64,000 bases of DNA from Gemmatimonas sp. (lineage in GTDB: Bacteria; Gemmatimonadota; Gemmatimonadetes; Gemmatimonadales; Gemmatimonadaceae), in the NCBI GenBank assembly GCA_965279375.1, contig OZ257156.1, positions 3,232,001 to 3,296,000 of the forward strand, given 5' to 3'. Position 1 is the first letter of the stretch, and every line of letters begins with the position of its first letter. The position numbers and the translations under genes were made by a program. A model generated the notes under the pieces. It made no database searches, had not been told where the DNA came from, and saw only the letters and a program-made list of their open reading frames with translations. Shown here piece by piece: positions 63,513 through 64,000 of the stretch.

Positions 63513-64000
63513 CCGCACCCGCTGCACGTAGCACGTCCTGCCCAAACTGTGGAGCGCCGGTGGTGTTTCGCTGGGCGCAGGCCGTGCAAACCACTTGCGC
63601 CTACTGCAAGGCGGTACTGGTGCGTCGCGATCTCGATCTCGAGCGCGTCGGGCTGCAGGCGGAATTCCCGCAGACTGGCTCGCCGATCCAGCTCGGCAGC
63701 GAAGGGAAGTGGCGCGGCCAGTCGTTCGTGGTGGTCGGACGCATCGCGTACGAGTGGGCGCGCGGTCGCTGGAACGAATGGCACTGCCGGCTCGGTAACG
63801 GCAGCAGTGCGTGGCTTTCCGATGCACAGCTCGAGTACGCGATGACGATTGCGTTCGACCCCGACATGCCGCTTCCTGATCCGTCGCGCGTGCAGCTCGG
63901 CGAGCTGCTCTCGTGGGGGGGAGTCACCTACGAGGTCGCATCCGTGAACTCGGCGTCGTACGTGGGCACCGAAGGAGAATTGCCGTTCTCGTCCTTCACC
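63509..64000 (+). CDS. DUF4178 family protein with N-terminal Zn ribbon, truncated by window edge
   Basis: Not in the ORF track. ATG 63509 gives MTAPAARSTSCPNCGAP...CAYC...SPIQLGSEG...VVGRIAYEW..GRWNEW...AWLSDAQ...EGELPF. ATGA overlap with speD. Confidence 0.82.
   Translation, partial: MTAPAARSTSCPNCGAPVVFRWAQAVQTTCAYCKAVLVRRDLDLERVGLQAEFPQTGSPIQLGSEGKWRGQSFVVVGRIAYEWARGRWNEWHCRLGNGSSAWLSDAQLEYAMTIAFDPDMPLPDPSRVQLGELLSWGGVTYEVASVNSASYVGTEGELPFSSFT

Overview
GC-rich, gene-dense bacterial chromosomal window with about 40 CDS. I saw no rRNA, tRNA, CRISPR array, IS element or prophage. The gene repertoire (Ser/Thr kinase with TolB-like propeller, SusC/SusD pair, PEP-CTERM protein, several orphan hybrid kinases) suggests Gemmatimonadota; this is inference only. 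The standout is a six-gene cluster at 21974-28905 (smtA-smtB-mct-mcl-mch plus divergent meh). It encodes the Chloroflexus-type glyoxylate-assimilation half of the 3-hydroxypropionate bi-cycle, with no mcr or pcs in the window. Other notable loci are: (1) an uncharacterised envelope operon with a split DUF4331, a TPR protein, HupE/UreJ and a DUF6702-like protein; (2) an SPFH-speD-DUF4178 polyamine/membrane operon running off the right edge; (3) a SusCD locus flanked by a peptidase and an esterase; (4) a multidomain surface nuclease next to a PEP-CTERM protein; (5) gltB without gltD; (6) a TGT with an atypical specificity residue. All family calls come from motif recognition and recalled sequences, not database searches. 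Several start codons were trimmed relative to the ORF track.
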